A stretch of 62,317 bases of DNA, counting the filler, from Hausera hauseri (lineage: Eukaryota), in the NCBI GenBank assembly GCA_046269625.1. It is 11 parts of 11 records of this genome, joined end to end, with 100 filler letters (N's around TTAATTAATTAA, not from the genome) between each part and the next. Parts side by side here need not be neighbours in the genome. Positions count along the whole stretch, not along the records: positions 1 to 5,951 come from JBJURY010164532.1; positions 6,052 to 13,626 come from JBJURY010005901.1; 9 more parts are not named here. One strand, given 5' to 3'. The notes below the pieces were generated by a model that made no database searches, had not been told where the DNA came from, and saw only the letters and a program-made list of their open reading frames with translations. Each line of letters starts with the position of its first letter. Position 1 is the first letter of the stretch. Below are positions 1 to 10,400 of the stretch, piece after piece. Position numbers and translations under genes: made by a program.

Positions 1-885
1 CTGCAGCATTGCATTTTGTTGTTGGTTTGTTGTTAATGCCGCAGAGATAGTTGATGCTGTTTGTGAGGTCAGTACTTCGTAAGCTTTGTCCGCCAGTTCG
101 GCTAGCTTGTCCAGAGCCGTGGAGTCCTCGATCACGGTAAGCAAAGCTCTTATTTGAAGCGGCAATGCATTTAAGAAATAGAGACGAAGAAGTTCTGGGC
201 TATGCTCAGATGTCACGACAAGGGTGTTGAGGTCAGACAAAGATATGCGTAGGAATTCAGAAGGCTTCGGAAGGCCCATGGTGTTATCGTTGAAGAACGT
301 TTGAATGATTGAGTCGATTGAAGGCTCAGTAGGCTTCAGAACGCCATTATACAGTTGAGTATATAAATCATTGTGCTGAAGGATATCGATTATATTGGTA
401 ATTTTAGTTTTGATGGAAGCTGGTAAGTGGAAAAGAGGTTGTTGGCCTTGGATAAAGAGTCGACGACGTTTTGTTATTGGAGCCAAAATTGGTGCAGTTT
501 TAGCCAAGTTTGTGTAGAGTTTTGGCTGTCGAGGAAGTATTCGGTGCACGTGAATGAGTGAGGAAGGTGTGTTGTGTAGAAATGTTGGAAGCGCTGTGTT
601 TGGGTAAATGAATGACAGGGATCTCTGGTTTGGTGATTTTGTCAATGGTATCGATTGTGGGTGATGAATCCATGCCACCACGGATACAGAAGTGAATGTA
701 AAGACAAATGTAGGTTGAGGAAGATTGTAAAGTTCCAGCGAAAAGCACTATAGATCCGTTGTGTGTAAGGTAGAAATCAGAGGAATGGAGTGAGGTAGAG
801 ATGAAGGTGTGAATGGCTGCAGTGTGTAAATGTAGTGCTGTGTATGAGTGTATGTATTTGTTATGTAGAAAAAGAAAGGTGGAGT
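1..885 (-). pseudogene. gag: Ubiquitin-like domain + Gag (degenerate), copy A1
   Basis: ...DFYLTHNGSIV...CLYIHFCIRGG|MDSSP followed by sequence homologous to gag of A3/A4; frameshifts present. Confidence 0.75.
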
Positions 886-1004
886 AGGGAGAGGTGATAT
901 GCCCGGGGGCGTGTTGTGGGCAGCAACGAAAGGCGTTATCTGACCCACTGGTGCATGGTGGGCCGCGGGACCTCAGCCTCTCCGCGGCGGGTCCCAAATT
1001 TCGG

Positions 1005-2750
1005 GGTAAGAACAACAATGACATTTTTGTTCTTTGAATCGACTGAAGCAAATTCTCATTAAACTTACAAGTAGGAATACGTTTAATATCCAAAAACACT
1101 CGATACCCACGGAGTCGTAAATGTACCATTAATAGGCTGGCTGAGATACGTTACTCCATCGATATGAGATAAATACGTCTATATTCTTTATAATTGGTTT
1201 ATTGTACACAGTATCATCAGCATGATTAAAAACAAAATTATTAATTTGTACACTGGTGGATGACAATTGACATGGCAATTCTTTCATATAATCGACATAA
1301 TCTATTCGTTGAGTAGCAACAGCAACCTTAGAGTCCTTCGTAAACTTCACTTTACAATCTTCTGCTGCTTTTAGAATTCGCGCTCGATGGACAGAATTCG
1401 TTACACAGCAATCTTTGGCCAGTAAGTCATCAGTTATGTTCGAAACAAACTTTCGATCCACGCCCGCTTTGACAAATGAATATGTGTAATGACAGTAATC
1501 TGATCCAACATGCATTTTGAGCCAGTGACAAACATCTACTTTCCAAATAGAAACGGAATGTGAAGGGCTAAAAGGAATATTTTCATTGAAAATTTTTAAT
1601 ATTTGGCTGGCACATTGAGCAGCTATTCGAAAAGTATTAGAGGCGACTTTTCTGAGACAATCAATAGCTCCGATATCGCTAAATATGTTTTTCCTTGCCT
1701 ATGCTTGATGCGGGCTTCCATTACAAAATGAAATGAAGCCAATGAAACAGCTTTAATACTGTCCCTTTAAAAATTGGTAAAAGCCGCCTCAACCACTTGG
1801 ATGATTGACCTTGTAAATGCGACGGTTCAATTTCTGCGAAGTTATATGGCGAATGATTTTGTAAAAACGAAAAAACTAGTTCTAATGTTCCTGATGAATA
1901 AACCATATCAGCTAGTTCTCTATGGGCTGATAGGACTAAAATAGTCATACAGGCATAATACTTTATAACAACGTCTTCGTTAAGAGCTAACGGAAACAAC
2001 CAATCTGCAATTTTATAATGACCCATTGTCATCTGGGTGTCAAAATTTCTGAAAAGACCCAAGTTAACTAACGCAAATACAACGTGCCGAAGAGTTGCAT
2101 TGTCGGTCGACCTGCATGAATAGCTGAGACTTTTCTTCAGTGACACAACCTACGTTGCATCGCTGTTGCAGCACGGCACGTCCAGTCCGGATTTGTAAAG
2201 TTCCTCAAAGCTCGGCTCATTCCATGCATGAATATGCGCTTTCCATTTACATATAAGTCCGTTCCAACCACAACGACTCATCTTGAGGAATTTGCTTGGC
2301 GTATGTGGCTGAAATTGATGTCTATTTTGTTTCGATACATTATGAAAGTAATTCTTGTAACATTCCTTAGATTTTTCTTTATCAATGTCGGACTGTCGGC
2401 GTGCAAGGACATAAATGTTTTCTTCGATCTGTATAGACTTTTTGCTTTTCTTACATTTATCCGAATACTTCATTAAATCGATTTCTTTTTCGTCATTTAA
2501 AATAGACTGATTAGCCCAGCTGATGCTGTTTCTTCTGTTCATGCGCTCATTCACTGCAGAATTTCGATATTCGGATTGTAATCCTTGTGAAATTTCTTAG
2601 TCCTCCGAGATATATTACGAGTGCTGTTGCTTTGATCGATTAATTTATTCTGTTTCACATGCTTTTTTGGGTAGACTGTTTAATAGATTCTATCTTGTGC
2701 TCAAATGATGCTTTTTAACATAAGGATAGGATAACATTTTGTTTTCCACC
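1005..2750 (-). pseudogene. SARM1: SARM1 (ARM-SAM-TIR) intronless fragment, internally deleted and 3'-truncated
   Basis: LRHVVFALVNL, WLFPLALNED..IKYYACM, HLQGQSSKWLRRL, IFSDIGAI, SAM2 VHRARIL, TIR DVFISYRWS..VHLRLRGYRVFLDI..KFNENLLQSI; stops and frameshifts. The 5' boundary is uncertain. Confidence 0.9.
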
Positions 2751-2818
2751 ATTCCCTTAGAATTGTGACTCCTCACTCTACTTAAGAATAACAATGTTTT
2801 CTGGGGATTTTCCTTACG

Positions 2819-3433
2819 TCATCTCTGCATATTGTGAATGGAAACAAGAAAAATCTGAAAAATATCTCGAATTTTAAAGTTTAATTCATCAAATTTATCG
2901 TAACGACGCATGGTAAACTCGACAAGAGATGTTTTTAACTCAGCAATTTTAAATAGTAATTTTCCGACATCTTCGGCATTTAGTTTATTTTCCATATTCA
3001 TGCAATTAAATTCACCAACCTGTGATCTGCGTGTTGGCTACGGCATGCTCAGTCCGCCGAAAATGAGCACTTGGATGGTCGGTTGGTTTCTGAATCCACA
3101 AAATCAGAACGGCTGCGTACAGGAATGTGGCTGAGATTTCTGAGACTTCTGACACAAATTATTATTATTTGCTTGATGTTTGTCTCNNNNNNNNNNTCTC
3201 ATCCAGCATTTCTTTGTGGCAATAGAAAAAAATAAAAATGCACCATTGAATATCGAGTTGAATGAATCTGTTAATTCCTTGTTCGGTGTATTGTAGTTTC
3301 TGCAGCTTGTTTCAAAATCTTTAAGAACCAAAATACCATCGACGTCGGTGATACAAACCATGATATTTTTGAGAATAATATCGTCGACTTTAAAACTCTC
3401 AAGATTTGTTAGAAACTGAATAATATCCATCAT
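2819..3433 (-). other. Unassigned sense-oriented coding fragments within the A1 LTR cargo
   Basis: Met-initiated ORFs 2819-3001 and 3104-3433 with protein-like composition; family not recognised. Confidence 0.3.
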
Positions 3434-3944
3434 TTTAGATTGAATTATATTACGACCGATAAATCATAAAACTAGATCAGATCAAAATTATCCGTACAAC
3501 AAATACCAAAATGAAGATTGTGAAAATTTTCAATTTGAACAAAAATTTTTTAAAATGGCAGGTAGAAACTTTGTAACATCAAAATTCAAAACGCAATTTG
3601 TGTATTTATCTTTTTTTACCATATTCAAACAAATTTTATATTTTTTATGTTCAAAAAATTTTACTATGAAACGATACAAGTCAATCATCTGCAACATTTG
3701 AAATAATCAGTCTATAGACTTGAAAATAAATCAGAGATAGATTTCGTCATCTTGGCTTTTCTTTTCTTTACTGAGATTATCTTCTTCAGATGAAATATAT
3801 TCTTCCAATTGTAGCATAAGCGTTAGACTCGATTCATCTTTTGACAACTTCAAATCATTAGTGAAAGTCAAATATTTTCATCAAACTGTTTTTGATATTG
3901 TTTGAGTCTCTGTTTTGCACTGAATACTGTCTTTTTCTTGTAAT

Positions 3945-4379
3945 AGAGAAGTGTTCTTTAGCAACTTTCTCGCCACTTTCGTACGATACTTCTCATCGAC
4001 TGTCGAGATTATTCTTCTTACCGATCAACATTTTCTCAACATCAGCATTAGCGTGTTCAGCAATATTTTGCATCCATACATTGATGTTATTGAAAGAATT
4101 GGAATTTGTAACGTCGTATACCAGTAGACTTCCAGTTGCACCCCTGTGATGCGATGTAGTGATCGTTCTGAATCGTTCTTGGCCATCAGTATCCGAAACC
4201 TGCAATTTTATTTTCTTACCATCGATTTTTATGGTTTTAATTTTTAAATCAATACCAATAGTTGTGATAAATGACGGTGAAAATTGGTCATCTGAAAATC
4301 TGATTAAGAGACTAGTTTTTTCAACTCCTGAGTCTCCAATTAATAGTAATTTAAATAAATAGTTGTAATCCTTTGACAT
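3945..4379 (-). pseudogene. RAB8: Rab8/Rab10-family GTPase, intronless, 3'-truncated
   Basis: [44 protein letters not shown]; G1, G3 and G4 motifs damaged (GVEKT, SDTDGQ, KKNN); premature stop at 3993. Confidence 0.88.
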
Positions 4380-4529
4380 AAACTTCTGTCTTGATTTTTA
4401 TACAGATAGATAATTATATCGCTGAGACGAGAGATCGGGGACCACCTATGGGCCCGACGCGGCGGCAGTGAACGTCCGGCCGTATCCAACCAAATAGATC
4501 AGAGGGCGCCGGCCACTGTGGGCACCACA

Positions 4530-5950
4530 CTTCCTACCATGCAGTGATTACCGTCAGCTAAACACTTTAACTGTTATGGATGCATATCCTTTACCATTAT
4601 CTAATTATATCCTGCATCGGCTCGATTCCACTACAGTATATTCAACCATAGACTTAGCCAAGAAATATCATCAAATTCCTGTAGCACCGAAGACATCGAA
4701 AAACTGCCGTTACGACACTTTTAGACCTTTACGAATACATTTATATGCTTTTTGGTTTACGCAACGCTGCGCAGACTTTCCAACGTCACATCGATTCCAT
4801 CCTCTCGGATTTCACTTTCACGCATCCATATATCGACGATATCTTGATCCTTTCATCTTCAACTAAACAGAATGAGTAACACCTTCGTTTTATCTTCCAA
4901 CGACTTAACTATCATAATTTACAAATTAATTTTACGAAATGTCACTTCTGCCAAAAGCGTATTAACTTTCTCGGACACACCATTTCAGTAAATGGTCATT
5001 CTCCTCAGACAGAACGATTTGAAGCTGTCAAACATGTACAACTACCTCGAACAACAATAGAAATGAGGAGCTTTTTGGGAACTCTGCACTTCGTTCACAA
5101 GTATGTGCCGTACTGTTCTGAACTTACCGCACCATTTGCTCACTTAAGCAGCAGCAAAAAACATCAGCCAATCCAGTGGACACCTGATCTGGTTGGTAAG
5201 TTTGATAAGCTACGCGAAGGAATTAAGACCGTCGACATTCTCGCTTTCCCGAAGCCTGAAGCGGAACTCCTCCTTACTACAGATACTTCAACCACTGCGG
5301 TAGGCGCTGTGCTTCATCAAATACGCAAAGGAGAAAATCAACCACCAGAATTTTTCTCTTGTAAGCTAACATCCCCTAAAACTCGATATTCAACGTTCGA
5401 TCGAGAATTATTGGCCATAGTACTCGCCTTGAAGCATTTCTCCCACCTACTTGTCGCTCGCCGTTTTACCATACAGACCGATCACAAGCCCTTGTTAAAC
5501 ATCATGACTATGAAACATCCTTCTTCACGCCAAGAACGACAGATATCATACCTATTAAACATATTAACGGGGTTAATAATTTGGTTGCCGATTTCCTATC
5601 TAGGAAGGTTGGTTCGATTAATTTTTCACAAATCTTCTCTCGAGTACAACTCCAACAGAACCAGCCACCTCAGGACATGCTTAATTCTTTTAAGTCTTAC
5701 ACATTTGTTGACGGCGTGACTTTAGACACTTCCAAACCAGGTCATTCCGTAATAATTCTCGCACCACATTTACAACGGCAAGCGTTTAACAGTGTACATT
5801 CACTGCACCATCTTGGTGCTAATGCAACTTTTCGCTTACTCCACCGGCTAGTAGTATGGCCGACTATGCGTTCTAATGTGCAAACATGGGTTAAGGAGTG
5901 CGTGGATTGCCAGAAATTTAACATCACCAAACATTTGAAGCCATCAATAT
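4530..5950 (+). mobile_element. pol: Gypsy family A copy A2: RT-RNase H-integrase N-terminal fragment, target of the A1 insertion
   Basis: PCSDYRQLN..DAYPLP, DLAKKYHQIPV, YIDD, RSFLG, TDTS, RELLAI, TDHKPL, integrase HHCC; frameshifted. Confidence 0.9.
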
Positions 5951-5951
5951 A

Positions 5952-6051
5952 NNNNNNNNNNNNNNNNNNNNNNNNNNNNNNNNNNNNNNNNNNNNTTAAT
6001 TAATTAANNNNNNNNNNNNNNNNNNNNNNNNNNNNNNNNNNNNNNNNNNNN
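5952..6051. other. Assembly spacer N-TTAATTAATTAA-N (contig junction); also at ~13671, 22251, 26619, 31105, 35333, 39406, 44805, 49447, 54535
   Basis: Identical all-frame-stop linker flanked by N runs. Confidence 0.97.
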
Positions 6052-6107
6052 CGAAGGAAGTAGGTACCAATTTCTTTGTTGTTTGTTTGCCTAATTTGCT
6101 TTCTTAG

Positions 6108-6278
6108 TGGAAATGGAGAATTAATTGGACCTCTGAAATTGGGCTGTAAAACGTTGTTCCTTTACGATTTTCAGAACAAACAAATTGAAGTTAAACCGTT
6201 GTGCATTATGGATTTTACATCCACGAGTAGAAACAACGGCAGGGTTTTGGGAGACGGTTGTTTGACTTTATGTTGGAG
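6108..6278 (+). pseudogene. ATAT1: Alpha-tubulin acetyltransferase exon with a frameshift and a stop
   Basis: LIG.LKLGCKTLFLYD...VKPLCIMDF/YIHE*KQRQGFGRRLFDFMLE, flanked by ttcttag and gtaatt splice sites. Confidence 0.8.
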
Positions 6279-7479
6279 GTAATTGAATTTGTTTTCGTTT
6301 GGTGTAGTTTTAGTTAGGTTGGTAATTTTTGTCTAAATGACTTCATAGATTGGGGCAATGTACTGTAGTTTGGTTAATTTGTGTTGTGTTTTATTGCTAC
6401 TTAAACATCAGATTTTCTCAAGTTTTCTTTGGATTATTTTTGGGTCTCTTATCAGACATTATATATGATTATTATTCGAATGGACCAATGTTTTTTGTAT
6501 TCCGATAATGAGAATAAAGTTGTAGTTCATGTCAGCGACTATTTTTTTGACTATCGTTCGTGTACGTTATTTTTATGATAATAGAAATATTACATTATTC
6601 TTATCACTTGCGCTGTGTTTCGTTTGTGTCGTTTTTCACTCTCCCTCTGACTGACTAATTGACTCAGTCATTCACAGTCATTTTGAGTTAGCTGTATCAA
6701 TAAGAATTTCTTTAATGAAATTACGTATGAAAATGAGGTGTTTTTACCATTTACACCGTTTGGTGGGATTTGTTTTCAACATTTCTGCTCTCCACCTCTC
6801 GTTTGTATGCATATTTTCACAATCGGCCAGTGGTTTATTTGAATAAGACTGATCAGCTTGATCGTTTACAACAGTTTTTAATGTGGATTTCTGTTTTCTA
6901 TCTAATATTGAATATACCCAGAGTTTGATCTCTTATCGCTGTTTATAATCATATCAAGTTGGCAGCAATGCGTATTATTGTTAGTAAACTATTTTCTATT
7001 ATACGTATTACAATTATTGATCTGTCTATGATTTTATATGAAATTTATGAATAACTAGATTAGTATTTTATTAAATGTCCAGTTTATTTTCATGAATTTA
7101 TTGAGGATTATCATCCATTATTTGTGATTATCTGCAAATGTGGATTAAACAGTTGCCCACGCATGAGGTGATTTTTCAACAAATTCATGCATCTAACCAG
7201 TATTTGGATCAATGATGTATTTGTTATGGAACAAATAGTATCCTTTTGTGCTTTCTGCATACATTAGAATAACGGAACGAATATTCTATGTATCACTTGT
7301 CGCCGATGATGTAAGTTGATGCTGAAGATTGTTTTTTTATTCTCTTTGGGTGCATAGTTCTGACTGTTCGTTTTTATGGTTTGACATGGTGAGATAGACT
7401 CAGTCACGCATGCTTTATCCAATAATTCTTTTTAGAAGTTTAGAGAAATATCGCCTGATCAGTATCTCCTTTGCGCATC

Positions 7480-10400
7480 ACTACTCTTCCGATAGCAGTT
7501 AGCGTTGTGGATCAATCGTTGATCGGTTAATGTACGAGGGTTTTAGATATGAAACTGAGTTTGATTAGTTTCCGTGGGGTGACAATGGTTGGGGAGTGAC
7601 TCGCTAACCGTGTCAAATTTAGAATCGATGGGTGTTTCAACGAGCTTCTAATGCGTCGCCTGGTTGCATGCAGCGTACGCGTTGTGTATTAGAAACATGA
7701 GCGAGTGTCTGTTTTGGCATTGGGTTTGATCCCCACCTGTTTTGGTGCGGCGTTTACGCTACGTGTAACCAGGCATTTGCTTTTTGGTTACTGTAGGGTT
7801 TTAATGAAGTCGGGATATCTTAGATGCAATCCTGGTGTGACTCGATACCTGTACGGCATGAGTTTGTTTTCGTATTGTCGTACGTTCCGTTTCCGGAAGT
7901 ACGCGCGTTGGGGTAATATGTGTTTCAGTTTGAACCGGGTCAGGTCAATTTTCTCAGTTTTCTCAAAGATTGTCTATTTCTGACATGCTGGCTACGTCTT
8001 TTTGCATAGGATATTCGGTATCGGAATCATTATAGCCGAATGCTGGTTTTATGTTGGATAAGTGGACTATATGTTTATCATTGTCTTGCAGTATTTTGGT
8101 GTTATGCTCAGTGATTTCTATGAGCTTGTAGGGGCCCGTGGAGTATGGTTCAAAACCGTGTCTTTGTTGGCTTTTGAGCAGACAACGGATGCATCTTGTA
8201 CATTCTTAGGCATGATTGGTTTTTTGTGATTGTTGTGGAGCGCAGGGTTCGTGTCTATTGACAGGAAATGCTTCCGAGCTTGATTTAAATAGGGGATTAA
8301 AATTACTTCGTCGTTGCTCACCAGATCTTGTGGGAATGTGAGGTGGGCACCAAATAATAGTTTGCCGTAGATGTATCGATGCTAGTGTTTGGAGTGTTTC
8401 TCCACCCTAATAGCACAATGAGTAATGCATCCAGCTAGTTCTTGTTGTCGTGGCATAGGATTTGTAGAGATGATTATAGTATACGATGAAATCGTTCGAT
8501 AAAACCATTTGCCTGCGGGTGATAGGGCGATGTGTATATGCTTTGAATCAAGCGATTTAGTTAATTGGTTAAACACGGCTGATTCGAATTACGTACCTTG
8601 ATCTGTTATAATGTTTTTAAGTACTCCAAGCCGAGAAATCCATGTATTTAGCAATACAGCCACAACGCTTTGCGTTGTTATTTGGCAGATTGGAATGGCT
8701 TCGGGCCATCTTGTTTCCCGGTCGAGAATGGTTAAGATGTACTGATATACGTTAGATTCAAGGAGTAATCCTACTTTGTCAATGTGGATGGTTTCAAACC
8801 CTGAGCCAGTAGGATAGTGTAGGATTGTTGGTTGTATAGTCTTGTTGATTTTATACTGTTGGCAAAGTGAACATTCTTTTGTCCGACGCTTTAATGTCGC
8901 TTAGCATGTGACGCCAACAAACTCTACTGATTAATAGGCGAGCTGTGGCTTTTGATCCAGACTGATGGATGTTGTGAATGGTGTCAAACGCCTGTTTCCG
9001 TAGGTTTTCTGCCAGAATTGGGTGTGGACAACCATTGAAGATGGTATTGTAATGTATTCCATCCTTTCTGTCGACTGTTTTGAAGAACGTGACATCCTCT
9101 TCATGTGAAGGGTTCGATCGAAAAACCTTTTCCATCAAAATTGGGTCAAAGGATATTGTCGATATCACAGTTTTGGAAAAGAAATCAGCAATTGTGTTAT
9201 CATTTCCAGTTGTGTTCTATCTGGAATGAGAATTCCGACAGAAATGAAATATGTCGCTCTTGACGAGGCGATGGGTTTTTCATACTCATCATGCGAATGA
9301 GTAGTTTGTGAGCCGTGCGGATTGTGAACACATTTCCTTCGAGGAAATGCCTGAAGTGTTTGACACTGAGAATTATGGCTAGTAATTCTCGGTTGAAATT
9401 AGAATAGTGTTGCTCAGCCGAATTGAATTTGTGGAAAAAGAATTCAATGAGAGTATTTTTGCAATTTATTGATTGGGCAAGCATGGTACCTGCAGCGATG
9501 GTGGATGCATCTGTTGTTAAGATGAACGGTGCATCTTGTTTAGGATAGTGTAGCGTAGGCATGTGAAGAAGCGCCGTTTTTGCATTGGCAAATGCTTGTT
9601 CAGCCTCATCCTTCCAGTTTACCCGGGATTTCTTGGGTCCTTGGCTTAGAGCAGATAGAGGTGACAGGATTTCGGAACAGTGCGGAATGCAGCAATGGCA
9701 GAAGTTGATTGTGCCAAGGAAACTGCGAAGTCCAGTCACTGTGGATGGCTTCGGTATTTGTTTGATGGTTTCTATTCGTTCAGGAAGAGGACTGTGGCCA
9801 TGTGGTGTTAAGTGAAGTCCAAGAAATACGGCTTCTGTTTTAAAGAATGAACATTTGTTTATGTTTAACTGTAATATGTTTTCATTCAACCTATGAAACA
9901 TATGTTTGAGGTGTGTTTTGTGAGTTGCTTCATTGGGTGATGTAATCAATATGTCATCTATATATGGGATTACATAAGGCATGTCGATGAAGACTTGGTT
10001 TATGTGATGTTGGAATGTTTGACCTGCATTCCGTAAGCCGAATGGCATGTGTAGATACTGAAACTAACCAAAAGGCGTTATTACGGCCGTTTCTGGAATG
10101 TCTTTGGTAGCCACTGGGATTTGGTGATATACCCTTTCAAGATCGATTGTGCTGAATATTGCCGCACCATGTAGGCGATGCAATATGTCGGTTACCAACG
10201 GTGTTGAATATGAATTGTGGACGGTGACGCTGTTTAACATTCTATAGTCACCACAAGGATGGTACGAACCGTCCTTTTTGAGAACCATGTGCAATGGTGA
10301 TGTCCACGGTGATGCAGAGCGGCGTATTATGCCACCTTCTTTAAGGTGTCGGAATTCGGCTTCCGCGGCTGCTCTCTTGAGTATGTCAAGCTCCTTCCGG

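Larger units (their letters stand above)
1..4529 (-). mobile_element. Gypsy (CsRn1-like) family A copy A1: 5' LTR with host-gene cargo, PBS-like site, leader, UBL-gag (cut by window start)
   Basis: 1-1000 is homologous to 18990-20015 and 28090-29105. 4434-4529 is homologous to the post-PPT LTR start at 14334-14432 and begins TGTGG on the minus strand. A 10-N gap at 3187-3196 lies inside. Confidence 0.75.

Noticed and set aside
500-1129. Functional SARM1 TIR-UBL-Gag fusion protein
   Set aside because: The frame through the GC-rich leader differs between copies (A1, A3, A4) and the SARM1 part is damaged, so read-through is probably due to stop-poor sequence
5996-6007. Recurrent TTAATTAATTAA palindrome
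   Set aside because: Artificial contig linker inside N-runs; adjacency across these is meaningless
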